Notes: generated by a model from the sequence alone, not told the origin. A DNA stretch of 63,371 bases, filler included, from Reticulomyxa filosa (GCA_000512085.1; 22 parts of 22 records of this genome joined end to end with filler, not necessarily neighbours in it), one strand, 5' to 3'; numbered from the whole stretch's first letter, positions 27,033 to 41,630 are shown. Numbers and translations are program-made.

Positions 27033-28005
27033 AACCATCCAAGTCCAACACTTCCACGCTTCGATTCAAAATGAGCGTTGGATAAAACATAGATCGGTCA
27101 AGAGGATCTCCGTACATTAGAAATGGCCCAATTCCACTGTTCACAAAGATACCGCTGTCATTTTGGAACCTTTGCTCCATTCGCAATTGCTCGTCTTCGT
27201 CTTGTCGGTCGTGGTCATGATCGTGATGTGAATCCATACATGTGTGGGAGTGCTCGTGATGCGAAAAATTGTGTTTTCCTTTGGTCGTGTTGAAACCATC
27301 TTGCAATTCTTTCAAAATGCTTCCAAATTGTCGCTTGGCACGGATATGTGTGATCGTTGAGGTCAGAGACAAAATACGTTCCAACTCTTTCGTTGTCTGG
27401 GGATGCGCTATTACGATCGGCGGATTTTTGTCATCATCCACCCAACCCTTTGTGCCAAAGGTGTGATCCGGATGGTAATGAGTATACACAATGTGCTTCA
27501 CTACCTTGTCTTTCAAACGCGGGTACAAGGTCAACAGATCATTCCTTATTCGACTTGCTGATCTTATCGATTCTGTTGTATCAACCACCGTCAATGATTG
27601 GTTACATTCAACAATTATGCTGTTTGCTATCGCATATCCTATTGCGACAAAGACTCCTTCTGTCACCTTTTTTTTTTTTTTTGTTGTGTTTTCAATTTTT
27701 TTTTAAATGGACTCATCGTGCAAAAGCACAGAAAGGGACAAATAATTTACTTTCAAAAAAACGCTTCTCCCTTCCCTCCCCCTCGTTGTTTTTTTTGTCA
27801 ATCAATAACAATAAGAAACTTCTATGATTTTTGCAACATCAAATTCATGAGACTGATTATATAATTTTTCTTCAATTAAAGTATTGGATAGTCGATGCAG
27901 CGCGTCAACATCCACCTCGTTTTCGGTGCTCAGTCTTGAGCTTATAAGATATGCGCTTACTCCCACAAGACAAACCGTGAACCATTTTGATCTATATCTT
28001 TCCAT
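27033..28005 (-). CDS. Alkyl/aryl-sulfatase-like metallo-beta-lactamase (SdsA1/Bds1 family), 3'-truncated
   Basis: Exon 1 with hydrophobic N-terminus (~28005-27820), intron, then VTEGVFVAIGYAIANSIIVE...VVDTTES...IVYTHYHPDHTFG (HxHxDH) and NSGIGPFL. Confidence 0.88.
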
Positions 28006-28179
28006 TCTACTTGATTGTCGACTATTCTTTATCGGGTCAAAATACCTCTTTCTTCAAACTAAGCCAAAAGTCCACGTACACTGCGTCTAAAAAGTTAGAG
28101 CAGTTGCCTTTATTTTTGTGTACTGATAAAATTACCCGATTACAAGTCTGCTTCAATCAAAGGAGTTTACACAAGAATA

Positions 28180-28440
28180 TTACAATCGCAAGACAACAGT
28201 TGTACAAGCAAGATTAACATAATCAAACATGCAACATAAACTGTTTATTGTGGAATCAACTTGACTGTGTCCAATAGCAAGAGAAACTGCAAATATTGAC
28301 AGTACAAAGATTACACATGTATACGAAAGCAAGTTCAGTTGTGTAATGCAATTTGGTGTCACAATACATAAAGTAAACTTATAAATAATTAAAATATTCG
28401 GTTTTACGCTGCTTTCTTCAATCTGCATTTATGTTGATAT
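28180..28440 (-). pseudogene. Multi-pass membrane (GPCR-like) gene remnant
   Basis: Hydrophobic stretch LLSYTCVIFVLSIFAVSL...VDSTINSLCC. Isolated fragment. Confidence 0.25.
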
Positions 28441-30291
28441 TTTCGTGTATGCAAAATTATCAAAAACTGATTAAATAATCAATTTACATGCTTTAAAATT
28501 ATGTGTTTATGTGTGTAAAAATGTTGACATTTGTTACATTACTTTCGCAACAATATGCAATATCATTGCAACTTATATACTATTTTAAAAATTTTTTCTA
28601 GCACTAATTCGCAACAAATTTGTAAAAGTATAAATATTTAAAGATATATATTGTCACTTGACATACAAATCAATTACACAATGAAATGTCTTCACAAATC
28701 ATTTTGAACAAAGCTAAAAGATATTACAATTTCAATCTATATTCAAATTAAAGTGTCAATATCATTGATTAGAATATTACGTGAAAAAACTAATCATGAA
28801 CGCTTCTACTGTCAGAATGAACCAATCTTTTAATAATACAAAAAGACTATCTTTCTTCTATGTTGTACTATATTATATCTTGCATTTATTTGAAAAGTTC
28901 TTTTTACTCAGGAGTTTGAAAAATTCAATGTTAAAAAAAACTATCTTACCAAACAAAAAAAATTTAAAATTAATTATACTGACTAATATTAAAGTATTTA
29001 ACACACAATAAACATAGAAGAAAGTAAAAATCATTATTGTGATGATTTTACAAAGGGAATGGCTTTACAAATGCGAAAAGTGATAAAATAAGATCTGAAT
29101 CTAATTTAGAACATTTGGTGGATTACCAAGTACTGTACTTACAAAAATAGGCAATTTTCCAGCAAAGATGAACTCTTTGATTAGTTTATCAAGCATTGTT
29201 ACTCGATTGAATATGATTTGTGTGATATGTTTATCGCTTCAATGCATAGAGCGTTCGTACTTTGATAAAGTCCAAGGACGATGCCACCAAGTGGTAAATT
29301 ACATATAAAAGTTTCTTTTAAACACAAGTTTAAATGTTTGCTAAATAGATTATTTTTATTTACAGTTTGATAGATATTTAATAAAAAAACTTTTGTTACA
29401 AAAAAAAAGTCATACTGTAAAAGCCAGTTTAAAAAATTGAATGTATAACATTTCAATTAAATTTAAGAGATAAGATAGATGAAAGTTAGTCTGTGATTTG
29501 TTCTATGTATCTACAAAATTATGTTTACTTTAGCTCTTTTCAATAAAGATATACAAGTCAAATTATAAAAAGCACACTTTTTTTTGTTGTACGGTTTTTT
29601 TACAAACTATTGTAACAATAAATATGAAAGTAAATGTAGGCTATTTGAAACTAACTTTCGTGAACGTTATTTGAAGCATCCAAATGAACAATTCAAACTT
29701 TCATTCAATTTTTCGATCGCACATAATTAAGTTTTTACATTTAACATTAATGTTTTTAATTTAACTTATAAAAAATATAATACAAAACAGTAACATATAG
29801 AAAATAGAAACAAATTATTTACTATGCAGTTGTACGTACTGCCAGACACAACATCATTTTTTTATTTTTCTTAGTGCAATCTCGACAGTAAAGGTTTCTA
29901 CTATAGAAAGTGTTTTGTCTGCTACTGACTTTTTCTGTCGAAGTTTTAAGTGAAGTTTTTTAAGGATTTTTTAGACATATTTTGTAATTTTAATTTGTCG
30001 GTTTGATACGTCACCAACAATTGTGATGCTCCATTCCTTCTTTTCCCAGTAAAGTTTGATTTTATTTATAAAATGTTACACATGTTATCACAACAGGGAA
30101 AAAAGGTTTTTTTTGGACAATGTTGGTATCATAGACACGTATCAGAAAATTTATTTACATAGCAGACAAAACAAACTGAACACAAGTTTCTTGCAAAATT
30201 ACGTTTCCAACAAGTTTCTTGACAAAACCTAAATGTGTTGGTTTGTGTTTTTTTTAAGCAAGGATCTTTTTTTCCTCACTAGCGACAGATA

Positions 30292-31790
30292 TTAATTATT
30301 TATTTTTTCTTGTTGGCTTGTCGCGTGAACGTTTTTATCCGCGATAGCTAACTCAATTTCTTTTTCCTGTGGGGATAAGAAAATTTTTTGCAGGTTTAAT
30401 TGTATAATTTCCTTTGGCTTTGATTTTTCAGTTGCAATTTGCTTTGGTTGTTCAGGTTCTTTTTGTTCTAATTTTTCAGTGAAATCAGACCTCAAACCGT
30501 AATTATCCGCTTTGGTAGTCATTCTAAATTCGTCAAAGTGCTTTTTTTTTATTATTATTATTATTTATTGTGTACAGCATATGCATACATATAATATACA
30601 TGACATACATATAGCATATTTTATATGGAATATGCATACATTAATATGAGTTTGTTCATGGCCACATTACGTCAATTAAAAACAAAACAAGACAAAACTG
30701 TGGATAGAACATATCGTCTCCAGGCTTGGTTGAGTAAATCCCAAACCTCTCCAGCAGCAGGATCGAACACAGTGTACAGTTGAATCCAATCCTGTTTGGT
30801 AAAATTTTGTTCGTTGGAGGGGTCCAACTGGGCCAAGTAATCCAAAATAGTGTCACGCGTTTCGTCATGAATGGCAGTGACATAGGATGCACTGATGTCC
30901 TCTACATACGCGCGACAAATGGTCCACGCGTGTCCCACAAGCGTCCGGCTCGGAGAAAAGTGGTATCTTGCTAAGTCCGGCATATTAACAAACAATGAAG
31001 AGACATCCTTCGGCATCCTTCATCATCAACATTTGCAAGATGAAAAGAGGGGGAGGGGGAAAAAAAAAAAAAAACTCAATATGCACAAGTTTTTTTTTTT
31101 TTTGTTTTTTTTTTACAAAACTAAACAAAACTCTATATTTGAGTGCAATGATGCTTTAAAGTGCATGACATCTGCCAAAAAGAAAATATTTTCAAGTGAT
31201 AATTCTCTTATCAAATGGCGTAAAAAAAAAGTAATCGCCTCGTCATCCTTTAGCACTTCCTTCAAGGGAGGCGCATGTTGTGCCTTTTGAAACTCTTCAT
31301 CATCGATCCCAAGCTCTCGTAGGCGTTTTTCGATCGACAATGGCAGATTGAATAGCTCGGATTTATCCAGCATCCACCACGTCGCAACTGTTGCCATTCC
31401 CGTCATCGCCAGCGCCGACGCCTCCACCACAAAGAAGGCGCAGTACTCCCAGCCCATCGCCGACCCAAAGATTATCAACCAACCCAACACCATAAAAAAC
31501 CCCGCCATTATTCGAAACTCGGTTAGCATTTCGCCTGCAACATATATTTGTGTGATATTTACGTATGCATTGCATCGGTTGTTGTTGTTGTTGTTGTTGT
31601 TAGTGTACTGTTTGTTTTTTTTTTTTTAAAAAAATAAAAAATAAAAAATAAAGCTTAACGTCGGATAAACAAAAAGTCCTCCATTACAAGAAGTTTTTTT
31701 GTTATTGCAATTATGAGCAGTATTACTACTGCGTATATGATTATCATTCCATAATAGAACGTGTGCTCTGACACAACTATCCAGCCCCTT
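30292..31790 (-). CDS. Transmembrane RGS-domain protein (7TM-RGS-like), 5'-truncated, multi-exon
   Basis: TM helices (FRIMAGFFMVLGWLIIFG; YCAFFVVEASALAMTGM) followed by RGS signature LKEVLKDDEAITFFLRHLIRELSLENIFFL...AWTICRAYV...VFDPAAGEVWDLLNQAWRRY. Confidence 0.85.
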
Positions 31791-33499
31791 TTTTTTTTTT
31801 TTTTTTTTTTNNNNNNNNNNNNNNNNNNNNNNNNNNNNNNNNNNNNNNNNNNNNTTAATTAATTAANNNNNNNNNNNNNNNNNNNNNNNNNNNNNNNNNN
31901 NNNNNNNNNNCAGCAAGATCCCACAATCCAAGTTTTTTTGTGAAGGAAATGTTTGAGCATTCTTCACAACATTTGAGAGAAACTCAAAAACTTAACTTGT
32001 TTTTATACTTTTAAAAAAAATTACGAAACAATAATAATAAATCTTATTACAAAAGAATTGGAGCCATTTGATTTTTTTTTTGCTAAAAAAAAAAGCACCA
32101 AAACAACAGACTACATCATAGTTGGAATAACCGACAATATTTGAATTTGTCTTTTGACAAGAATTGCGATATGTTAACAAGTACAATACTTTTTCCTAAA
32201 TTTGATTGTTTTATAAACATTGACATTGCTAATCGTGATTATTCTATTTCTGAGCCAAATGCACAATTTTGTCAATTTGTATTTGCTGTTCGTGTTGTGA
32301 CTTGGCAATAAAACAATACTGGTTAGAAGTTGTATTAGTCTGACTGCAATATGAAAGGCAGCATGTGCTTTTAGCTCGATTTACATGTTTCCCCATTGTC
32401 AAAATGTTTTGTTATGTATTGTAAGAAAAAAAATTATATTTTTTGAAATTGTTATATTTTAAAAAATTTATTGCAAGTTATGAATGTGGCACAAATTTGC
32501 TTATTTTCATCTTATGAAACAATTTTTGTTATGCAACAAACAAGTAATATTACTTCAGCTTAAAGATTTGCATGTAAAGTACATTCGAGAAACAAAAAAA
32601 AAGATTTAAGTGCACTTTAAATTTCTTTTGTATATAACGTTCAAGTATTTGAATATATTTAATACTTTGGATAAAGAAAAACAAACACTTTCATCATGCT
32701 AATAAATTACTGTAAGAAGAGAAAAACAATACAATTTATCCCAATGAATGTCTATTATTTTAAAATTATGGACTCAATATTAACAATGACACAAAAATAT
32801 TGGATTGTTGAACAAATTGCAAACAATTTTGAATTCAAATTCTATATTCTACATTACAATTTAATGAAAAATGGAGATTTATTGATATGATACTATCAAA
32901 TATTATTAGATTAATATTTTTTTGCTGAATAATTTGTTTAAATTCAAATCTCAATCAAAGAATATCATTGTTAGAAAATAATTGTAGTGCTTGTTAAAAA
33001 TTCTTTTAGTAGCATTTTTATTTAGAAGGCATGTGATACCACAATATTTTACATTCACTATTTATTTAAAGATGCTTTTTCAAGAAGTTACCATTCTAAA
33101 AAAAATTGGAAGTTCTTTGTACCAAGGAGAGTTAACAAATTCGAAGTTGGCATCAATGCTGATGAAATCATGTTTTGGGATTAAGTATACGTATGAGACC
33201 TCCAGTTGGTCATCATTAGAGAAGCATTTGGCAGAACATTTCATTTCGAAGGACATTTGGCACAGAAGTAGAGCGTCAATACAATGATGAATCGAAGTCG
33301 CAATCAAATTTCTATGTAATCTTTTGTAGCATTACTAAATCCTTCCAATATTCTACAGTTACTATTTGTTCTTGTTTCTTTGCTCCTTTTTTTTTATTTG
33401 TTGTTGTAATGAGAACTGTTTGTATTGGGAGCATTGTTAGTTTGTAATTTTAATTCTATATAAGTATCATATATAATAATCATAGGCAAAGGAAAAAAC

Positions 33500-33790
33500 G
33501 TCTGTACAAAATAATGGCAAAAGAAAATGCGCTCCACAAAGACAAGATACAATGCAATCGCTGCATATCATTGTCGAGCTCACAGAAATATGTACTGCAT
33601 CACTGCTTAAGTGGCAACAAGACCGATTTGGAAGAAGATAAAGTGATATGTCAATCGAATATAAAAGCGGAGAAGGTGTGGAAGACGATCCCCACGACAA
33701 ACAATGCTCACGAATCAATTAGAAGTAGGATAAAACAAAAAAAATTTAGTTTCGAATTTTTGTATGAGTTTCTACAAAATTTTGAAACCG
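33500..33790 (+). mobile_element. Possible MULE-type transposase remnant
   Basis: W..IPTTNNAHESIRSRIKQ resembles the 'TNN..ES.N..IK' motif around the catalytic Glu. Fragmentary. Confidence 0.35.
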
Positions 33791-34286
33791 TTATGGTTTG
33801 CTCATTTTGTGAGATAATTTTTAATGTGATGATATTTTTTGTTCATCTGATTGAACTTTTGGATATGGAACTTCTTTTGCTCGAACAGGTCTAATAATAT
33901 TTAATATCAATAAACCTTCATTTTTCACAAAATTGTAATGTTGAATATAGTATTTGAATGTATCAAAATCAATTAAAAGTTGTTTGCATGAATCTAATTT
34001 TTTAAAAAATTTGTCATCTATTTAAAACTGGCCCCAAAAAAAAGTGTTTTGACTTTTTCTAACAAGATGTATTAGCAGTCTGTGATAGACCAGTTTGCAT
34101 TCATTCAATGCAATGAATGTTCATATAATGTAGCAAAACTGCCATCAAGGCAGTCATGATTATTCAAAAAAAATTTTTTATTACACTAACAAAATATCAT
34201 AGCAACGAAAATTAAATATAAAAAAACTTCTTGTCGCAAAAAAAAAAATCGTCCGCTAGGAGAAAAAAATGATGCGATAGAAAATA

Positions 34287-35720
34287 TCATTCAATCAAAT
34301 ACACCTCTATGTCTCGCACCCGAAATGTTGTATTTTCTGCAAGCGAAATTAGTTTGTCTCCGTACATTGTTAAAGTACTGCTGCTTTCTTGTTGGAAGTA
34401 GTTGCTGGGAGTGGCTATATCACCATCACCTATAAAAAAAAAAAAACCAAAACAAAAATCAAACAAACAAAAAAGTCTAATAGAACATTTTCTTTTCTTA
34501 CCAAAACATGGTCCAAAGTTTTTTGTGCCCCTGATTACTTTTACTTTGTGGTCAAGTTTAATAGTAAATTTTTGAGGAGGGATAGTTGCACTTCTAAGCT
34601 AGTATAAAAATGTGTTAGTGTCAAATGTGTCTGTGCTAATGCTGTTACGAGTCCACCACTCTAACTCGACATAACAACCAAAAACATGATTGCCTTCTGA
34701 CAACACAATTGCAAGGGTTGACCCCTTTTATATCACATTTCTTATGAAATGCGAATGCGGTCTCACCACCTCTACTTCTACGATACAGTAATTGCACTTT
34801 TGCGTTGTTTGGCAGCCACTTCAGCAACTGGCCCACTTCTTTATTTTGGATTATAAGTGAATCCAAAAACTTGTCAGTTAAGTATAATATCACGGGGTCT
34901 GAAAACTCCGTATAACTAAGGCTTGACCCAATGCGGCCCTCATTCTCAATGTATACATATTGTTCCATTGGAAAAAGCTGTCTTTCTCCTCCTCGCTATC
35001 AAAGACAAATAACCCATCTGTCGCTTCTGGTCCTATTTTGATCTCTTTAATTAATCTCCATTTCGATTTGTCACAGGCTGCTGTGTCTTCATCGCTATGT
35101 GGCATCATTTCCAATTCATAATTAGCTATGTCGTCTGCTTGGTTAATTGTTCTCCATCTAATGAAAATATCAGGAGCTACAAAAGCAGTTTGCTATATAC
35201 TAACCTTAGTGAAGGTGATCGATCCTTTTGCCTTAATAGCTATATCTTTTTTAAGTATATTATTAATTTTGTCAACAAAATTATTTAAAGTTTTTGTTGA
35301 TGCAAATGAAATATCGAACTCAGAGCTTGCTGCCAATTGTTTATCATCTCCAGAGATATGTTCGCATCTCAGTACCGATTCTACTTTTTCTCTTCGGTGT
35401 GTGGCATGCTTGTGTACTTTGTCTTTTAGCTCTTCATAATGTGAGTCAATTCGTGCCATTAACATTCTATAGGACTGCTAAAATTGTTTTTATTAGTAGT
35501 TCTTAGTTTGAATCTATTATTTGTTTGTATGCAGCATTCTAGTTTTTCTTGATTTGGTTCTGCTGGGAAAAGGTTTGTTCTTATTGCAGATTTTTGAGCT
35601 GTTCCAATTGCTCGTCCTATAAAAGCTCGTTTGTTTGTTTCTGCGCTTTTCACTCAGGAGCCCACTTTGGCGCATAGATCATTGGCTCGTTGCCTTATCG
35701 GTCCACGGGCAAATGCATTA
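34287..35720 (-). pseudogene. Coiled-coil + TLDc-domain gene with several frameshifts and stops
   Basis: LLKWLP...LLYRRSRGGETAFAFHKKCDIKG / STLAIVLSEGNHVFGCYV ... FRVRDIEVY* is a TLDc signature. Frame breaks near 34725, 34950, 35190 and 35460. Confidence 0.8.
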
Positions 35721-38299
35721 TGTTTATTCAAATAAACTTACAAACAAAAAATTTTTTAAAAAAATGAAACAATGAAAAAAAATAAAATAAAATAAAACTA
35801 TATGTCATGATTCACGAATTGACTACTGATTTAAAGTTTTACTTTTTTATGTTTTTTTCACCATTTTATTTTTTTAGTATTCTTCCACATATCATAATTT
35901 AATTTTTTAAACAATTTTTTGTATTTGTCACCAAATAATTTGATAATTTCAATTGTAAAAATCATAAGTTGTCATAAGAACTTGTATACAGATCCTTGAA
36001 AACACTTTTATGTCGGAAAAACTCAGGATTCATATAATATATGCACATATTGTTTTCTTTTAATAATATTTAGAAAAATAGTTATATTGCTAGCGTGTTA
36101 TTGTAAAATAATGAAATTATTTTTCTACATAATTTATGTGATTATGCGAAAGTGAAATTAATGTTTCATAAAACTTAATAAAAAAAGTTCTTAATATCAA
36201 AGATTTAATTATTTACATAAAGAAAATATAATTAGAATTTAAGTATTTCAAAAATTATTATTGAATGTTCAAATTTTGTTTTCTGCAAATAATAAAGACA
36301 AATTTAATTATATATTTAAATAACGTTGATTTTAAGGATTCGANNNNNNNNNNNNNNNNNNNNNNNNNNNNNNNNNNNNNNNNNNNNTTAATTAATTAAN
36401 NNNNNNNNNNNNNNNNNNNNNNNNNNNNNNNNNNNNNNNNNNNTTTTTTTTTTTTGAAGGAGAAAACCTCTGAATGTGTTTAACTTGAATTTTTGAATTT
36501 AGATTGAATTAGTTTTGAGTGATTCGGGTGATACTGAAGAGGTGGCGTCAGCAAGTGACAAGATAAGGGCAAGAGAATTTGCAGAACTAGGTGCAATTGC
36601 ATATTTCAAAATACCTACTTGGGAAGTAACAATCATTTTTATAAGCGCCCTTTTAATTGCTTTAGGAAACGGCTTGCTTATATGGTAATATCCTTGTTTC
36701 GCCAGCGAAAGCGCTATTTGCAAGAGTTAACCTAAATTGTAATTCGGTCATTGTGAATAAGGAAAGGGGATAAGTGAAAAAAGCCTTTTGTTATTTTTGG
36801 CTTTATCAACATTTTGTTCATTTGAAATTTTTTCATTCGGATGTTTATGCGATGAAAAATTGTTACTTTGTGTATTCATTTTTTTGAATTTCACTTGTTA
36901 TTGTTTATATTTTGATTGAACAAACAAAATGATTGCAATCTCATGATTAACAAACTGAAATCTTTAATAAACATTCAAGTGTTATAATAACAAACATGAA
37001 TGGGTCCAGTAATCATGATGTGAAAATACATGACGACCCCTTTCCCAACATAAAAAAAATATAAAAAAATAATTTTTAAAATTTTTTTTAAAAGATTCTG
37101 CTGATACATATTAGTTCAGTAGAATCTCTGACTGTAAATGAGTATTATTATTGATGTATGAAAGTACCATCCTATTCTGGATAGAAAAACATACACGTTA
37201 AGCAAAAGAACTTTATTCACACTTCTTTTCTGATAAAAAAATAATTTTTGTTATTTGAGAATTACAATGTAAAGCACCAGTTTGCAAAACGTAAAGAAGA
37301 AATTTTCCAACACTAATTAGCAATAAAAGAAAACATGAAGTGCCAACAAGTCTGAAAGCAGAAGACAACAAATTAGGATTGCAAACAAATTGTGGATGAC
37401 TTGTATTTTTTGTTTGATTATCAATTTGTTAAAGGCTGTTCATTGTCTGACATCAAGTATATAGTTTTGTCTAAGTTCTTCTCAAAGCAGACATGAACAA
37501 TTTGGACTAAACAAATCCAGCAAAAGAGCGATGTTTGTGTCTTTGTCATAACAACAACATGAGACTTACTGACGAAAGCTCAACAAAAAAACTCTTTAAT
37601 GATCGAATAAAAAGAAAATAGTTAAAGTAGGGAGTTACAAGGGGGAGACGTAGTTCAATTTTTTTTTATTTTGGCAAATGTAGAAAGTATTTGCCAAAAA
37701 TGATTTAATCATGATTTTAATACCAACAATTTACACGATGACAAAAAATTTTTTGGCCATTTGTAACGTCAAAAAGAAGCAAAAAACAAACACAAACTGC
37801 TAAGAAAAGACATGATCATTGTTCTAATTATCTCTATCTTTTGTTAGTGTTGTTTCGTCATAGACTTCATTTTTGTTTTTTATTATTTCACCAACATTGT
37901 CAAAAAAAGATTGGATTTACAAATATTTTTTCGGTCATTACAAACTTCTTTCATAAAAAAAATTACATCAAATAAAAAAAAAGCGCAACATTTGATAAAA
38001 TACAATTGTTACAAAAGTGTACTTGAAAAAAAACTTGCAGAATTTTTTAAACAGCAACCAAAACAAGTTGACAAATCGTGAAATACTTTCAAGTACAAGT
38101 TTGGATGGGCTATGGGACCTTTTCAAGTTGGTGATTNNNNNNNNNNNNNNNNNNNNNNNNNNNNNNNNNNNNNNNNNNNNTTAATTAATTAANNNNNNNN
38201 NNNNNNNNNNNNNNNNNNNNNNNNNNNNNNNNNNNNTTGAGAAGATTTGAAAAGGATTTTTTTTTTTTTTATAAAATAGCATATTAAATCTGATATTCC

Positions 38300-39180
38300 A
38301 AATAATACATTTTGATTTATTAGTTTTGTTACCCCATATTTCAATTGTGCAATCACTACATCCTGTTTCAAATGTACTTCCGTTGGGTGAAACAGTCACA
38401 CAATGCCATACTAGAATGTTTTTCCAATTGCTGCATTTTTTTCCCTGATTTTATATCCCATAAACAACATGTTTCATTCTCTGAACATGATATAATAGTT
38501 TGACCGTCTGGAAAATACTCTACAGCAAGTACACTGCCTAGATGTTCAAATGCTCATTTTATCTCTTTTCCAGATTTTGTATCACAAAACCGTATTGTTT
38601 TGTTATCAAAACCTGCAACAATAATCATACCATTGAGAGAAAAGTTTACATAAGATACTGAAGTGGATGTAAGATCAAATCTCATTGTTTCATTTTCTGT
38701 TTTACATCACATATTCGTATTGTATTATCTGTTGGACATGACACAATATGATTTCCATCAGGTGAAAATTCAGTATTACGTACCGTTATTGAATACCCTT
38801 TGAAGGTCTGTATTTGTTGTCCTAATGAAATATCCCAGATTTGAATCAGTCCTTCATTTGATGAAACGACATTATAACTTTTTTGAAAATCTAATACTCT
38901 ATATTTGACTAAAATTACTTTGTACCATTTTCAGCAATTGGAAGCATCTGGACTATATTTCGGGTGAATTGCTGAGTTATTTTAGTTAATTCAAATGAAA
39001 AAAGTTAACATATTCAAAGATAAATTTTATCAAAATCGTGAATCCATCCAAATTTAATATTGCAATTTCGTCAATTTGGGTGATTTGTTTCAAATCTTTT
39101 TTTGACTGTTTTATTAACTGTACATACAACGAAAGTTCAGTTGTTTGACTACAAATGATTGACGGTCAGTTTCTAGACAT
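38300..39180 (-). pseudogene. WD40-repeat pseudogene
   Basis: NIKFGWIHDFDK N-terminal motif, FSPDG/YFPDGQ repeats, CTIEIWG end. Many indels. Confidence 0.85.
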
Positions 39181-39659
39181 AATAGCTCCTATAGTATCTA
39201 TATCGGAAAATGGAGTCAGAGTACAGCGAAGCAAACTTAAAAGTAAGAGTGAATGAGACTATTATTACATCAATCAATTATGTCTCTGTGTTACAAATAC
39301 ATTGTACTACACATACCACAATTCTTATTTTATAAAATTAATTTTTAAAAAATTTTTTGTAATTTTCAAAATTAATCATTTTTTATAAAAAAAAGGAAAT
39401 TATTATTAATTAGAAACAATTAACAAAATTGACTTTCAACTTATTTTTAAGTGTTGTGTCCGAGTGAAGCAATGCTATCGAACTCTTGTCAGTTGGATCT
39501 TTGTGATATCCAATTATATCAGTTGAAAAAAGCGTCGCCTTGAACACCCTTAAAAAAAGATCAATAAAAAAGTATTATATGAGCTCTGCAACTTTAATAT
39601 CAACAGAACCGCCTCTGAAAAAAGTATGACTGTAGTATTTTGTGTGTGTATGTGGTAAA

Positions 39660-40200
39660 ATGCCAAAGAACAACAAAAATATTAACAAAACAAAGAGGAG
39701 ACTACATCGCTCGACACCCCGCGAAAATGCCGAAAGTTATCGGATAACATTTAAAAATAAAAAAATAAAAAAAATAAAAAAATAAAAAATAAAATAAAAA
39801 ACGAAACAAAAATGAGTATTTTTGTGAAAGTGCAGTGTTGTACCAAAATGATCCATTCAATGTGGAAATGTGGATGAACGTGATCGAACAAGCGCACAAA
39901 AATGCAAGCATCGAAGAGCAAAGGCACATATTGAATCTATTTTTGAAATTGTTTCCAACAGCAGTTTGGGACATACATGATCTCTGTTTTGTAAGGTTGG
40001 AATATAAAGTTGTGATTTGAAGTATGTCATATCGGAACGAGTTGTTTGACTTTTGTGTGCGTGTGTGTGTATATGTATCTGTTTTCCCTTTCTCCACAGG
40101 CACCACAATGGCGATATTACATTGAGTTGGAATTGAGTGAAAACAACTTGCGTTTCGTGTTTCTTTGTAATAGTCAATGTGTCAGCGTAAAAATAAAACC

Positions 40201-40253
<53 letters not shown>

Positions 40254-40468
40254 TTGATATGATGACAATAATAACAATAACTATTATTATTAATTAACTA
40301 TTCATTTGTCAGTTATACTATTAAACAAATAAATACACAGAACAAGCCGAGTCGCTATTTAGTCGATGCCATTTGCAATGTCTGGATGTGGAGTTGTTTG
40401 AAGTGTACTTGGACTTGAAGACGAGAATTAACGAGGCATTGCCGGGCCCCAAGTTTCATCAAAAAATG
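39660..40468 (+). CDS. CSTF3: CstF-77/Rna14/Suppressor-of-forked-like HAT-repeat protein, 5' part (exons ~39660-39734, 39836-39963, 40101-40151, 40341-40468)
   Basis: Spliced NDPFNVEMWMNVIEQA...LFPTAAPQWRYYIELELSENNLQQAESLFSRCHLQCLDVELFEVYL matches the CstF-77 N-terminal HAT pattern. Three GT-AG introns keep the frame. Confidence 0.78.
40201..40250. repeat. (AAT)n microsatellite in an intron
   Basis: About 16 perfect AAT units. Confidence 0.95.
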
Positions 40469-40788
40469 AGTTGAGTTGAGTTGAATTGACTTGCCTTTTG
40501 AATTATAAATTGATTTGCATTGCATTGCATTGGAGTTTTGGTCACTTTAGAAAAAAAAAAAAAAAAAAGATAGGTTGTTTGATACTTTGNNNNNNNNNNN
40601 NNNNNNNNNNNNNNNNNNNNNNNNNNNNNNNNNTTAATTAATTAANNNNNNNNNNNNNNNNNNNNNNNNNNNNNNNNNNNNNNNNNNNNAAGTTACATTT
40701 TGTCAAAAAAAAAAAAAAAAAAGCATGCTACTCAATCAAATGTTTATATTGTTTCATCTTATAAAGAATATGTACATAGGTTCACTCA

Positions 40789-41180
40789 TTAGTGAATGGT
40801 AACGTGCATCCCCTCCTCTCTATCTCTCTTTCTCTCCCCTCTCGCTTCCTCCCTTCGAACATGCAGTTTTCGTCGTTCACGCTGTGCTTCGATTTCTTGT
40901 TGTGATCGATGAGCAGGAAGTTTTCGAACGCTAATGTTCGCATCGACCTTGAGACACTCGCCCTCAATATGTTCTCGAAGCAAACGTATTTCGTGCATCA
41001 ATACCGTACGATCTTGGGCATTGTCCATTCTTATTTGATTTTGCAACGCTGTTTTGTTCATCATGATCAACTGGCTACCGTCGATTTGTTGTTGAGCAAA
41101 TATCACTCCAAACTTGCGGAATCGACCCTCCACGCAAACATTTAGCCAATCTTTTACTTCATTTACACTCCAATGCTTTA
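40789..41180 (-). CDS. SAM-domain protein exon (fragment; further exons upstream)
   Basis: HWSVNEVKDWLN...FRKFGVIFAQQQIDGSQLIMMNKTALQNQIRM...DRTVLMHEIRLL fits the SAM consensus. Confidence 0.82.
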
Positions 41181-41598
41181 CCTATCTCTCCCCCCCCCCC
41201 CACCCACAAATACATTACATATGTATACACATGCACACATGTTTTTTTGATTGTCATTTATTTGGTTTAAAGTGACTGCAAAAGACGAAGCAACATATAC
41301 ACATTGACAAAACTCGCTTCGTGACAATCGTGGTGAGAATACCATTGCTTTCTCGAATACAAATACAACAACCACTTTGTCGGACAAGTTCACAACAGTA
41401 AGGCGTTATATTGTCTTTCTGTATGTGCCAAAAGAGACAAGGAGGAGTTCATTACCAACCTTTATCCACAGTTTGAAGAAAAAAAAAAACAAAAACAAAC
41501 TTGTTTGTCATTCAGTTCAAAGCATTGCAACAACTGTTCAATCGACACCTATTCAAATACGCACACCGTGTTTGTGTCAAAGAAACCAGTTTTACGCG

Positions 41599-41630
<32 letters not shown>

